The notes beneath the pieces were generated by a model that saw nothing but the letters and a program-made list of their open reading frames with translations, did no database searches and was not told where the DNA came from. Made by a program: the position numbers and the translations under genes. A stretch of DNA of 64,000 nt, from the IMG/VR virus record IMGVR_UViG_3300044997_001199, positions 151,331 to 215,330 of that record; one strand, 5' to 3'. Of the stretch, positions 48,226 to 55,462 are shown in pieces. The stretch's first letter is position 1, and every line of letters begins with the position of its first letter.

Positions 48226-48297
48226 GAGCCTATAGCTCAACAGTAAAGCGTGCCACTCATAATGGCTTGAGTCTTAGTTCGATTCCGGGTGGGCTCA
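48226..48297 (+). tRNA. tRNA-Ile2/Met(CAT)-like, degenerate, no encoded CCA
   Basis: GAGCCTA/TGGGCTC, GCCA-CTCATAA-TGGC, weak T stem; acceptor extended by 10 further perfect pairs. Confidence 0.65.
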
Positions 48298-48337
48298 TAA
48301 AAATTACTTTCTTCAGTTAGTTGTTATAACATTGAAT

Positions 48338-48420
48338 GGGAGTGTGGTGAAATTGGTAAACACATCTGATTTAAGATCAGACGCCGCGGCTTGAGAGTTC
48401 GAATCTCTCCACTCCTACCA
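48338..48420 (+). tRNA. tRNA-Leu(TAA)
   Basis: GGGAGTG/CACTCCT, TCTGA-TTTAAGA-TCAGA, variable arm, GAGAG-TTCGAAT-CTCTC, CCA. Confidence 0.92.
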
Positions 48421-48497
48421 AAATATATACAAGTAATATTGGAGTAACACATTAACTCAGGCATGCTTGAATTTAATATTCAAGAAATTAAAGATTT

Positions 48498-48983
48498 TTA
48501 GTTATCTGGGCTACACCCTGCAGATACGAAGCTTAATTCATGTATCATTCTGTGGGGTATTCCTTTGCCTCTTCTCATTAACCATTGATTTTGTACGCTG
48601 TATGCCACAAACTCTGTTCTAGCATTTTCTATACAAGTACCTTTGTTACCAGGAACTATAGTTCCGTCTAAGAATTGCAGATGGTGGACGAATTCATGCA
48701 CAAAGTAACTTGCATTAAAATCATCTTGCGCATCCCACGTGTCTCTTAAAAATATTTTACCGTTAGAGTAAAGACCTATAACATGAAAATCAGGCGGGCA
48801 ATTACCCCCGCAAACCTGAATGTTAATTTCTTTACCATTAATAAAAACTATTTCGGGCAGTTTATACTCTAAATTAGGAGAGTATATTTCTCTTGCTTCT
48901 TTTGCCAGAACCTCTAAATCATCTATGATATCAGCAAAAGCAGATTGAGATGCTATTAAAAAAAGTAAGAATAGTTTTTTCAT
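48498..48983 (-). CDS. Secreted zincin-like (HExxH) protein
   Basis: Signal peptide MKKLFLLFLIASQSAFA, VHEFVHHLQ, E..AY..Q; AT-rich. Confidence 0.7.
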   Translation of the reverse strand: MKKLFLLFLIASQSAFADIIDDLEVLAKEAREIYSPNLEYKLPEIVFINGKEINIQVCGGNCPPDFHVIGLYSNGKIFLRDTWDAQDDFNASYFVHEFVHHLQFLDGTIVPGNKGTCIENARTEFVAYSVQNQWLMRRGKGIPHRMIHELSFVSAGCSPDN

Positions 48984-49244
48984 TTGATTTATTTTTTGAT
49001 AGATAATATCAGGTATTAAATGATACAAGTAGGCAAATTAATATGATGCAAAAATATATAGCAGAACTTGATGAGATAGCAAACATAAAACGATAAATGG
49101 ACTAGCAAATTGAAAGATAGGACCATGATTACATTAAACAGTTTGTTGCGTTAACCGAAGAACAGAACGCTGGTGTCATCGCCGCGTCCGAGAACAAATC
49201 AGCCAAAGCCAGTCGTCGACCCCGCGCTCGTGCCAAACAGTAAT

Positions 49245-49320
49245 CTGCCTGTAGCTCAGCCGGAAGAGCAATGGACTTAAAATCCATCCAGTACGGGCTC
49301 GAATCCCGCCACTCGCACCA
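49245..49320 (+). pseudogene. Chimeric tRNA: Arg 5' portion + Leu(TAA) anticodon arm and 3' half
   Basis: 5' CTGCCTG cannot pair with 3' CACTCGC; ATGGA-CTTAAAA-TCCAT anticodon arm; ACCA end. Confidence 0.8.
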
Positions 49321-49357
49321 TATCATAAATAGTGTTGTAGTAACACTCGGAGTAAAC

Positions 49358-49831
49358 ATGCTTAAACTTAATATTGAAGAAGTTAAAGCATTTATAGATT
49401 CACAAAGCAAAGAAACAAGAATTTATATCGGGTGCGACTCTGAACGCTTTAGACACAATAACGTATGGTGGGCCGAGTATACTGTGGCAGTGGTGATCCA
49501 TATGGATGGGCGTCACGGCTGTAGGATTTTTGGCGAAGTTACCCGAGAAAGAGACTATGACCAACGCAGAGATCGACCCAGCATGCGTCTCATGAACGAA
49601 GTTCACAAGGCTAGCGAGATGTTTCAGCGTCTGGCGCTGGTGCTAGCGGATCGTCCAGTGGAAGTACATCTTGACATCAATCCCAACGAGATCCACGGAT
49701 CTAACTGTATAATCCAGCAGGCCATTGGCTACATACGAGGTACATGCAATGTGATTCCCATGATCAAACCTCGGGCATTTGCTGCCAGCTATGCGGCAGA
49801 TCGGCTCAAATCTCTACGTTTATCAGCTTGA
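49358..49831 (+). CDS. RNase H-like YkuK (DUF458) family protein
   Basis: IYIGCDS, RLMNEV, EVHLDIN, IKP.AFAASYAAD. Confidence 0.85.
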   Translation: MLKLNIEEVKAFIDSQSKETRIYIGCDSERFRHNNVWWAEYTVAVVIHMDGRHGCRIFGEVTRERDYDQRRDRPSMRLMNEVHKASEMFQRLALVLADRPVEVHLDINPNEIHGSNCIIQQAIGYIRGTCNVIPMIKPRAFAASYAADRLKSLRLSA

Positions 49832-49867
49832 TCGTGGTTGTGTTGCATTGACCTACTGAATATTGCA

Positions 49868-50134
49868 ATGCAACAAAAAACTTTTCTCATCGTAATAAGA
49901 CGTACCGGGCGAGACGAAGTTTTCCGCCCCAGTGACTGGGCCGAACGTCTTTGCAACATGATCACAGTGTTTGACCATGGCAACAAATTGGTGGCCAGTT
50001 ACCGACGAAGAATGGGCGTATCTCAATCAACAGTCACTGCCTGTGCCAAAATCATTGACTACAAATTGTTATCAATGTACTATTTGACTTTACAACAAGC
50101 ATCAGAGGATACCAATGTCTCGTATTACCAGTGA
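49868..50134 (+). CDS. DUF3579-like protein (C-terminus may be degenerate)
   Basis: FRPSDWAERLC signature. Confidence 0.65.
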   Translation: MQQKTFLIVIRRTGRDEVFRPSDWAERLCNMITVFDHGNKLVASYRRRMGVSQSTVTACAKIIDYKLLSMYYLTLQQASEDTNVSYYQ

Positions 50135-50342
50135 ACTTGCAGTAAATGCAATAGGCAGTCGTTATGATTTGGTGCTGATCGCATCGCGCAGGGCAAGAGA
50201 ACTGCGCCGGGGCTGGACACCCAAGGTAAAAAGCCCGTATGGACCCTTGGTAGTGGCGCTGGCCGAAATTGAAAAAGGTGTAGTCGGGCGGGAGTACCTC
50301 AACAAGCCGGCCAATATCGGTCGTCACGAAACCCCTGAATGA
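50115..50342 (+). CDS. rpoZ: RNA polymerase omega subunit
   Basis: MSRITSE.A...IGSRYDLVLIASRRAREL..G..P, P.V.AL.EI..G. Confidence 0.88.
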   Translation: MSRITSELAVNAIGSRYDLVLIASRRARELRRGWTPKVKSPYGPLVVALAEIEKGVVGREYLNKPANIGRHETPE

Positions 50343-51169
50343 TCAATCAGATTCACGGTCGACCAATCGTGATGTTTTATCCACCGTTTGGAGGTGCCAA
50401 GTTCATTACCAACTGCTTGGCTTTGAGCAAATATTGTGTGCACATTGATCGCGGAGCCATGCAGCATCTCATGCAAAATCCGTCGGACTATAAGTACCGA
50501 CAGCAGCTTAGCCTGAGTACGATACCGCAGGGCTCTGAGATAGAATCCGCGAGACTCGGAGCCACATGGCGTGATCAATATGAACTCAACGACAGTTCGA
50601 TTTTTGGTCGCAGTGGGCTAGAACCAGGTAAAACATATGATTGGTGGTTGGTACAACAGGTACTCAGACAACAACTCGATTTCTTTCTGATCGCGCACTG
50701 GCTTCCGAGATTACAAGAGCTGTTGAGTTATTTTCCTCAATCACGAATCGTGAGATTGGTGAACTTTGAAAAATTCTGGAACATAGCGCAAAAATTCAAA
50801 GCCTGTGTTGAACTCAATCCACCGTGGCATGAATGCATTGTTCACAACGATCAATCTCGTGTTTACCAACAACTTCAAGGACCCGATTGGCCCAGTTGGG
50901 AACTCTTCGAATCATACGGATACGACATTGTTGAATTGTCTCGATATCACCCAGTCGACCAGCCCATTGTCGAGGAAATCAAAAGTTTTTACCCATGGTA
51001 TCAACTTGCTCAACCGTTGACTGTATTTGATGTAGATAACACTATTTTTTTCCGACAAAAATTTATATACAAAATGTACGACCTATATCAATGGCTGTGT
51101 TATAATGACTTTGATCCAAAAACCATTGGTATCATGTGGGACCGATATGCAGAGTTTCACGATTTTTAG
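50339..51169 (+). CDS. Hypothetical protein, sulfotransferase-like family; paralog of 31406..32281
   Basis: MFYPPFGGAKFITNCLALS; LQGPDWPSW. Confidence 0.5.
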   Translation: MINQIHGRPIVMFYPPFGGAKFITNCLALSKYCVHIDRGAMQHLMQNPSDYKYRQQLSLSTIPQGSEIESARLGATWRDQYELNDSSIFGRSGLEPGKTYDWWLVQQVLRQQLDFFLIAHWLPRLQELLSYFPQSRIVRLVNFEKFWNIAQKFKACVELNPPWHECIVHNDQSRVYQQLQGPDWPSWELFESYGYDIVELSRYHPVDQPIVEEIKSFYPWYQLAQPLTVFDVDNTIFFRQKFIYKMYDLYQWLCYNDFDPKTIGIMWDRYAEFHDF

Positions 51170-51179
51170 AACTAGATTT

Positions 51180-51254
51180 GCGGGTATGGTGTAGTGGTTG
51201 CGCCCTGACCTTCCAAGCTAGAGAGGATGGGTTCGATTCACACTACCCGTTCCA
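51180..51254 (+). tRNA. tRNA-Gly(TCC), possibly degenerate
   Basis: GCGGGTA/TACCCGT, CTTCCAA loop, GTTCGATT, TCCA end; mismatches in anticodon and T stems. Confidence 0.75.
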
Positions 51255-51276
51255 ACTTTTAATGTTAAGGAATACC

Positions 51277-51513
51277 ATGATCAGAACCAGTACAATTTGT
51301 TACGATCCTTCCAATTTCGATCATCGTCATGATTTTTATCGTTTACTAAAATCTGGAACATTTACTTGGTGCAAAAACCGCTATGCACTGAAAGGACAGT
51401 ATGGTGATGTACTGAACATGATGTTAGACCTCACTGTGCGATATTATGCAGAGCAAGAATTTGGTCCGCTGGAATCGGTTAACATCGATACACCAAATAA
51501 AGTAATGACATGA
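51277..51513 (+). CDS. Hypothetical protein
   Basis: AAGGA SD, coupled to the next gene. Confidence 0.55.
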   Translation: MIRTSTICYDPSNFDHRHDFYRLLKSGTFTWCKNRYALKGQYGDVLNMMLDLTVRYYAEQEFGPLESVNIDTPNKVMT

Positions 51514-51908
51514 CCAAGATTTTTGTCAATGGCACATTCGATGTGCTGCATCTAGGACATCTGGCTCTGTTGGAATATGCGCACAGTCTAGGCACTGTGA
51601 TGGTTGCCATTGACAGCGATGCCAGGATCAAACAATTGAAAGGTGCCCAAAGACCTGTAAATACTCTGGTAGAACGCATTACCATGCTAGAGGCCCTGCG
51701 TTGTGTAGACAGTGTGCGCGTATTTGATACCGATCAAGATCTGATCGACATAATACGTGCGTATCAACCCAACATCATGGTCAAAGGCTCTGACTATCAA
51801 GGACGTAACATCATTGGCGCCGAACACTGTGACCACATAGACTTTTTTCCGAGACTCGATGATTACTCAACCACTAAAAAAATTCAAAATATTGCTCATA
51901 GGCGATGA
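51510..51908 (+). CDS. Heptose-1-phosphate nucleotidyltransferase-like (HldE domain II / HldC)
   Basis: NGTFDVLHLGH, DSD..IKQLKG..RPVN, VKGSDY, YSTT. Confidence 0.85.
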   Translation: MTKIFVNGTFDVLHLGHLALLEYAHSLGTVMVAIDSDARIKQLKGAQRPVNTLVERITMLEALRCVDSVRVFDTDQDLIDIIRAYQPNIMVKGSDYQGRNIIGAEHCDHIDFFPRLDDYSTTKKIQNIAHRR

Positions 51909-52629
51909 TTGTGTAGACATCTATCGCTATGGTACGGTGAATCGACTGTGCCCCGAGGCTCCTGTGCCAATTTTTGAACCCAGCCACGACGAAACTCGAC
52001 CTGGCATGGCCAACAATGTGGCACAGAACTTTCTAAGCCTGGGGTGCGAGGTCACTACTATGCTGGGCGATGCCAGCACAAAGATACGCCTCATTGATAT
52101 CCGCAGCGGTCAACAGGTCTTGCGTCTAGACCAGAATGTTCAATCGTCTCCGATCAAACTGCACTGTCGTATACCTCAGACTTTTGATGCCGTGGTTATT
52201 TCAGACTACAACAAAGGCGCCGTGGATCATCGTCTCATACGAGAGATACGCAAAGAATTTGTTGGTCCGGTATTCATCGATACCAAGAAGTCCGAGTTGG
52301 CCAAATTCAACGGATGCATTTTAAAAATCAACGAACGCGAGTTCAACGATCGCAAAAGCATATGCGATCAATTGATCGTAACTCTAGGCGATCGTGGTGC
52401 AAGGTATCACGATCACGGCACCATCACTGATTTTGCTCCGCATCGAGTGGAAGTGAGCGATGTGTGCGGAGCCGGTGACACCTTCCTGGCTGCCTTGGTC
52501 TACCAATACCTTGTTACCGGAGAAATCGCCCAGGCCATTGAATTTGCGATGTCTGCTGCGGCAGTCACTGTACAACATCTAGGCGTGTATGCGCCCACAC
52601 TGGAGGAAATTAATGCGATTTCGTGGTGA
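51859..52629 (+). CDS. Heptose-7-phosphate kinase-like PfkB (HldE domain I / HldA)
   Basis: LIGD..VD.Y.YG.V.RLCPEAPVP, ISDYNKG, DVCGAGDTF. Confidence 0.88.
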   Translation: MITQPLKKFKILLIGDDCVDIYRYGTVNRLCPEAPVPIFEPSHDETRPGMANNVAQNFLSLGCEVTTMLGDASTKIRLIDIRSGQQVLRLDQNVQSSPIKLHCRIPQTFDAVVISDYNKGAVDHRLIREIRKEFVGPVFIDTKKSELAKFNGCILKINEREFNDRKSICDQLIVTLGDRGARYHDHGTITDFAPHRVEVSDVCGAGDTFLAALVYQYLVTGEIAQAIEFAMSAAAVTVQHLGVYAPTLEEINAISW

Positions 52630-52990
52630 AGTCATCAAAGGATGGGGGTCGGAGAAGATCTGGGTCACCAACGATCTCTACTGCGGTAAATTCATGACAT
52701 TCCACAGTGGCGCAAAATTCAGCATGCATTTTCATGCACACAAAGACGAGACATGGTATGTGATGTCTGGTAGATTCACTGTGCGCACTATCAATACCCG
52801 GGATGCTTCGCATCACACCCGGGAGCTTGGTACAGGGGATGTGTGGCACAATCCGCCCTTGTTGCCGCACCAGTTGATTTGTCACGAAGCTGGCACCATT
52901 ATCGAAGTCAGCACCGCTGATTCTGTAGAAGACAACTATCGCGTGGAGGCCGGGGACAGCCAGAAATACCACTGTAATGATTACACATGA
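52613..52990 (+). CDS. Cupin sugar isomerase/epimerase
   Basis: KGWG.E, FSMHFH..KDETWYV, PHQL, EVST.D...DNYR. Confidence 0.8.
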   Translation: MRFRGEVIKGWGSEKIWVTNDLYCGKFMTFHSGAKFSMHFHAHKDETWYVMSGRFTVRTINTRDASHHTRELGTGDVWHNPPLLPHQLICHEAGTIIEVSTADSVEDNYRVEAGDSQKYHCNDYT

Positions 52991-53069
52991 AAAACCATAT
53001 CACAAAGAAATACTGGCAATGGTTGCCCGACCTTGTCTGGAGTGATTTGTTGTTGCACATTCCGCCTGC

Positions 53070-53366
53070 ATGAAGTTGATTCCGTGGTCGCAATGGCTGG
53101 ATGAACACATACCCCACTACGAGGCAGAACGTCACAGATCGAGATTTCTGGACAATCCTCCCGCAGTGATTTTGATTGTACAGCCGCGAGACCGAGTTGC
53201 GGCTGATCGAACGCCCAGACTCCGGGGTTGGGAAGAGTATGTTACTGATGTCAAGTTCATGAATCATGGTGCAGTGCCCTTGTTTTTAGAAAATGATGCA
53301 CACCAAGAATGGTACTGGGCGTTCTGGGATGCCAACGAGGCTTTGGTTGCCGTCATGAAGTTATAG
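53070..53366 (+). CDS. Hypothetical protein
   Basis: 98 aa; C-terminal F.D..EA...MKL motif. Confidence 0.55.
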   Translation: MKLIPWSQWLDEHIPHYEAERHRSRFLDNPPAVILIVQPRDRVAADRTPRLRGWEEYVTDVKFMNHGAVPLFLENDAHQEWYWAFWDANEALVAVMKL

Positions 53367-53422
53367 GCATGTATTTCATAATTTGATGTAGTGATTTTGC
53401 GATGATTTTGCCTTATACTCAC

Positions 53423-53462
53423 TATAAGTACTTCAAGCAACAACTGTTGCTCGGTGCTTGAA
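53423..53462 (+). promoter_or_regulatory. Late-promoter variant TATAAGTA and 5' UTR hairpin of pqqA
   Basis: TATAAGTA at 53423-53430; TTCAAGCA/TGCTTGAA stem 53432-53462. Confidence 0.5.
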
Positions 53463-53487
53463 ATCTTTTATCAAAGGAAACACAACC

Positions 53488-53559
53488 ATGTGGTCCAAAC
53501 CTGCTGCCGCTGATCTGCGCTTTGGTTTTGAAGTCACCATGTACATCGCTGCTCGCTGA
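53488..53559 (+). CDS. pqqA: PQQ precursor peptide PqqA (23 aa)
   Basis: Hand translation MWSKPAAADLRFGFEVTMYIAAR with the E-x-x-x-Y core; AAAGGA SD; absent from the ORF track because of size. Confidence 0.93.
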   Translation: MWSKPAAADLRFGFEVTMYIAAR

Positions 53560-53584
53560 TTTTTGCCGGCAATGTATGTTCAAC

Positions 53585-53613
53585 AAAAAAGGACCCCTGC
53601 GGGGGTCCTTTTT
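53585..53613. terminator. Bidirectional rho-independent terminator
   Basis: AAAAAA-GGACCCC-TGCG-GGGGTCC-TTTTT. Confidence 0.9.
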
Positions 53614-53624
53614 GTGATTAAAGA

Positions 53625-53653
53625 TTGACCACAAACCCAACCTTGCATACAAT
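53625..53653 (+). promoter_or_regulatory. Sigma70-type early promoter for the MoxR-like ATPase
   Basis: TTGACC-N17-TACAAT. Confidence 0.65.
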
Positions 53654-53685
53654 ACAAACACTAACAACTAACCAGGAGCTTGTAC

Positions 53686-54780
53686 ATGAGTTATGTCAGC
53701 GAAAATCGTACTGTTACCAGTGTGCAGGCTCGCAAAAGTTTGTTGACTGCATTCCGAGTCCAACGCCCGGTGTTTCTTTGGGGCCCCCCGGGCATTGGCA
53801 AGAGCGAATTGGTCGCAGGTATTACACAGGAGCTAGGCGGGCTGATGATCGACCTGCGTCTGGGACAGATGGAACCCACAGACATCCGTGGTATTCCATT
53901 CTACAACAAAGAAACTGGTCGCATGGACTGGGCGCCGCCCGTCGATCTGCCCGATGCAGAACTGGCCAGCCAATATCCCATTGTTGTTCTGTTCATGGAC
54001 GAAATGAACTCAGCGCCGGCTTCGGTGCAGGCCTCAGCATATCAGCTGACCTTGAATCGCTGCGTGTGTCGCTATCATCTGCCACGCAATGTGGTCATCG
54101 TGGCAGCAGGCAATCGTGAGTCAGACAAAGGTGTGACCTTCCGCATGCCCACGCCATTGGCCAATCGTTTTGTGCACATCGAAATGCGTGTGGACTTTGA
54201 ATCCTGGCATGCCTGGGCTGTGACCAACAACGTGCACAAGGATGTGGTAGGCTACATTACCTTTGCCAAGCAAGATCTCTATGACTTTGATAGCAAGAGC
54301 TCCAGTCGAGCATTTGCCACTCCGCGGTCTTGGACCTTTGTGAGCCAACTGATCAGCGACGACACTGTGGATGAGGACACTGCGACCAATCTCGTGGCCG
54401 GTACCGTGGGCGAGGGCCTGGCCGTGAAGTTCATGGCTCACCGCAAAATTGCCAGCCGTATGCCGCAGCCCATTGACATTCTCCGGGGCAAGGTCAAGGA
54501 CCTCGAAGTCAAGGAAGTGTCGGCCATGTACAGCCTGGTCACGTCCATGTGTTACGAACTGCGAGACGCTGTACAAAACAAAGTGTCCGACAAGGAATTC
54601 CACGAGATGGCTGACAACTTCTTTGGCTACATGATGAAGAACTTTGAGACCGAACTGGTAGTCATGGGTGCACGTATCGCACTGACCACATTCAACCTGC
54701 CGTTCCAGCCCGCCAAGCTCAAAAATTTCGACGAGTTTCACCAACGCTATGGCAAGTACATTCTGCAGGCCAACAGCTAA
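53686..54780 (+). CDS. MoxR-like AAA+ ATPase
   Basis: WGPPGIGKS, DIRGIP, LFMDEMN, AAGNR, PLANRF, TPRSW. Confidence 0.88.
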   Translation: MSYVSENRTVTSVQARKSLLTAFRVQRPVFLWGPPGIGKSELVAGITQELGGLMIDLRLGQMEPTDIRGIPFYNKETGRMDWAPPVDLPDAELASQYPIVVLFMDEMNSAPASVQASAYQLTLNRCVCRYHLPRNVVIVAAGNRESDKGVTFRMPTPLANRFVHIEMRVDFESWHAWAVTNNVHKDVVGYITFAKQDLYDFDSKSSSRAFATPRSWTFVSQLISDDTVDEDTATNLVAGTVGEGLAVKFMAHRKIASRMPQPIDILRGKVKDLEVKEVSAMYSLVTSMCYELRDAVQNKVSDKEFHEMADNFFGYMMKNFETELVVMGARIALTTFNLPFQPAKLKNFDEFHQRYGKYILQANS

Positions 54781-54811
54781 CTTCAACCCGGACCCTTCGG
54801 CGCCCTTTTTT

Positions 54812-55048
54812 ATGACAGAAAAACACTGGGTGCGCAAGAGCTGGAGTCATTACAACGTTGCCGAAATCCAGCAGTTGCATCGCCGTATCCAACAGGATCT
54901 GGGCTGGCTCAATCGTCACTGGGGTTTCCAGATACGGGCGCAAGATCCCATGGATCAACTGATAAATCAACTGGACAATCCTGTGATCATAGATTATTGG
55001 TTTCTAGATCCGCGCACTGCGACCTTGTTTGCTCTTAAATACCCGTGA
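54812..55048 (+). CDS. Hypothetical protein
   Basis: C-terminal WFLDPRTATLFALKY. Confidence 0.55.
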   Translation: MTEKHWVRKSWSHYNVAEIQQLHRRIQQDLGWLNRHWGFQIRAQDPMDQLINQLDNPVIIDYWFLDPRTATLFALKYP

Positions 55049-55434
55049 TCATGCGATACAAAATACAACGACTAGACGGGCGCTATAGCTATCGCAGATG
55101 GTTTCAATACTACATCGGCTTCCGCTCCAGCATGAATCAGGATCACGGGCCCATGCAGTTTACTCAAGCACAACAATGGTTTTCAGACACCTATGGTTGG
55201 AGCGCCGAAATACGTCAATGGGCCGACATCCATCGCTGGACTGCCATGAGACTACAGAGCTTGCATCAACCCTGGCAGACCGAAGACCGAGTGCTAGAAA
55301 ACCTTCCTGCTGTGTGCAATCGACACTGGTCCTGGACCAACAGAGCCACTGATCTTCGTATCTATGTAGCATCAGATCGCGAACTGGCGTTTTTCCAACT
55401 GGCACATTCTGTTGACCAAAAAAACCGTACCTAA
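55045..55434 (+). CDS. Hypothetical protein
   Basis: Trp-rich; C-terminal RIYV.SD.ELAFFQL. Confidence 0.55.
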   Translation: MIMRYKIQRLDGRYSYRRWFQYYIGFRSSMNQDHGPMQFTQAQQWFSDTYGWSAEIRQWADIHRWTAMRLQSLHQPWQTEDRVLENLPAVCNRHWSWTNRATDLRIYVASDRELAFFQLAHSVDQKNRT

Positions 55435-55462
55435 CACAATAGCATTGTCAACGGAGGCTCAC

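Larger units (their letters stand above)
47967..49271. repeat. 65-bp direct repeats (47967-48031, 49207-49271) flanking an AT-rich island
   Basis: Identical AGCCAGTCGTCGACCCCGCG...CGGAAGAGCAA, offset 1240 bp; spans an ORF 3' end and a tRNA 5' portion. Confidence 0.92.

Noticed and set aside
54121-54837. 238-aa antisense ORF (and similar shadow ORFs such as 55739..56401 and 58815..59414)
   Set aside because: They lie opposite well-supported genes, have no recognisable motifs and are explained by codon bias
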